Source: Ignavibacteriota bacterium
GTDB taxonomy: Bacteria; Bacteroidota; Ignavibacteria; UBA10030
DNA: 64,000 nucleotides
Reading direction: 5' to 3'
Assembly (NCBI GenBank): GCA_963727825.1
Contig: CAVSHO010000011.1
Span: 96,001 to 160,000 of the forward strand
Within the stretch, counting starts at the first letter, position 1, and each line of letters begins with the position of its first letter. Made by a program: the position numbers and the translations under genes. The notes below the pieces were generated by a model. It was not told the DNA's origin. It worked only from the letters and a program-made list of their open reading frames with translations, and searched no databases. Shown piece by piece: positions 62,768-64,000 of the stretch.

Positions 62768-64000
62768 TCAGACGAGGTATTGTTTAGGTGACCAAGATTT
62801 AGATTGATAATCTCGAATTTCGGTTTCTTTCAAAGTTAAGGTTTCTGGGTTAAATAATAGACCAACTTTGTTATTTGTCAAATTCAAATTACGTCCCCAT
62901 TCTACAAATAGCTCGATATAAGATGGTTCTTCTTCAATCGGCTTCCATAAAAATATTCCGCAATCAGCATCATTAAAAAGTCTACCTGTGTCTCTGATGT
63001 CGGATGGAGAGGGTTTCCTATCAATCCTCATTCCTATTTGTTTACTTAAAACAGCCGCGATAAGAATTATTGGAATAGATAAATCAGTGGCTAGACCCTT
63101 CAACCTGCTAACAAAGGCATTAATCTCGTTTACTCTGTCCTTATTTGCGACCTCAATTAATTGCAAATAATCAATGATGAGTAATTTTATTTTTTTCTCA
63201 TGAAACATCTTTTGTGCAATAATAAATACTTTCTCTGGATTTGCTGAACCATCCCGAATAATCAAATCTTTCCCTTTTGATGTTTCTTGGAACTGGAGTA
63301 AACGGGTCAGACGATCCATAGGGTTCTGACCACTATGTACTCCTGCATATCGTTTTGCAATGTCAACGGCACGCATTTCCATTGAAATAATTCCAACAGA
63401 ATGTCCCTGAGTTGAGTTATAATATCCAATTTGGTTAGATAAAAAAGATTTGCCAATTTTGGCTTCAGCTGCAATACAATATAGACTACCCTGTTCAAAG
63501 CCATGAATGATTTTATCCAGCTTTGATATACCAGATGGAAGTCTTACAATTTCACCTGTAATCTCTTTCTCTGTTTCGTTGATCGCTTCGATAGTAGCAT
63601 CATCAAGGGTTATATATCCTTTCAGATCATGATCTTTCACGGCAAAGGAAATTAATTCTTGTGTTGCTAATTCAATTATAGTGCTAATTTCTTTCCCATC
63701 ATTTATCTCTTTATTGATATGGAGAAGTAATGTCCTCAATTGTGTTTTTCGAGCTTCCTCTTGAAGAAAACGACAATTAGCTGATAAGCTATTATGAACA
63801 CCTTCCTTTGTAATAAGTGTCGAGAGTTCAACGCTTCGTAGAACTAGATACTCCAGAACCTGTCGTTCATCAATAAATTCAGGATATATTTTTAAGTAGT
63901 GAGACAACATCAAACTATTCTGTTGTAAATAATTTTGTACTTCAATAAGATTAACTTCTTTTTGTAGTTCTACTAAGGCTTTGCACACTCCAAAGAGAAT
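62768..64000 (-). CDS. DnaB-like replicative helicase (5' end probably outside the window)
   Basis: SGISKLD, AKIGKS, SMEM, IIDYLQL, P.PSDIRDTG...DAD. Confidence 0.88.
   Translation of the reverse strand: MLFGVCKALVELQKEVNLIEVQNYLQQNSLMLSHYLKIYPEFIDERQVLEYLVLRSVELSTLITKEGVHNSLSANCRFLQEEARKTQLRTLLLHINKEINDGKEISTIIELATQELISFAVKDHDLKGYITLDDATIEAINETEKEITGEIVRLPSGISKLDKIIHGFEQGSLYCIAAEAKIGKSFLSNQIGYYNSTQGHSVGIISMEMRAVDIAKRYAGVHSGQNPMDRLTRLLQFQETSKGKDLIIRDGSANPEKVFIIAQKMFHEKKIKLLIIDYLQLIEVANKDRVNEINAFVSRLKGLATDLSIPIILIAAVLSKQIGMRIDRKPSPSDIRDTGRLFNDADCGIFLWKPIEEEPSYIELFVEWGRNLNLTNNKVGLLFNPETLTLKETEIRDYQSKSWSPKQYLV

Larger units (their letters stand above)
60478..64000. mobile_element. Integrated element 2 (continues beyond the window)
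   Basis: tRNA fragment, integrase, phage-type initiator and DnaB-like helicase. Confidence 0.85.

Noticed and set aside
1-64000. CRISPR array or cas genes
   Set aside because: No regularly spaced identical repeats with unique spacers; the repeats seen are attC sites, hairpins, iterons or coding repeats

Overview
Bacterial chromosomal window, probably Ignavibacteria/Chlorobi-Bacteroidota group (inferred from T9SS C-terminal domains of the 'F.LSQNYPNPFNP.T' type). The housekeeping backbone lies almost entirely on the minus strand: glmS, pgeF, pyrR-pyrB-pyrC with a PyrR attenuator, nadK, leuS, an Rsb-type partner-switching cluster, LPS genes, alpha-glucan genes, HU and an arabinofuranosidase. 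There are five intact tRNA genes (Phe, Val, Ala, Arg-CCG, Asp) and one truncated tRNA-Arg(ACG). The accessory content is: (i) two clusters of integron-type attC sites with cassettes and no recognisable IntI (about 1.1-4.6 kb and 53-56.4 kb), one cassette carrying a DUF3800-like gene with a convergent structured small-RNA candidate; (ii) three tRNA-integrated elements that all leave a 5' (not 3') tRNA fragment at one end, two of them with closely related integrases inserted at the same position of two different tRNA-Arg isoacceptors; (iii) a 3.8-kb IS1-family element with 8-bp TSD carrying ImmA/XRE-like passengers, plus a MITE with similar ends; (iv) a GIY-YIG gene embedded in tandem tRNA-Asp 3' fragments and a family of TCCCG..CGGGA hairpins; (v) an orphan ubiquitin-like gene. 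Several single-base indels break housekeeping genes, so frameshift-based pseudogene calls may be sequencing errors. All family assignments come from motif recognition by eye; no searches were run.
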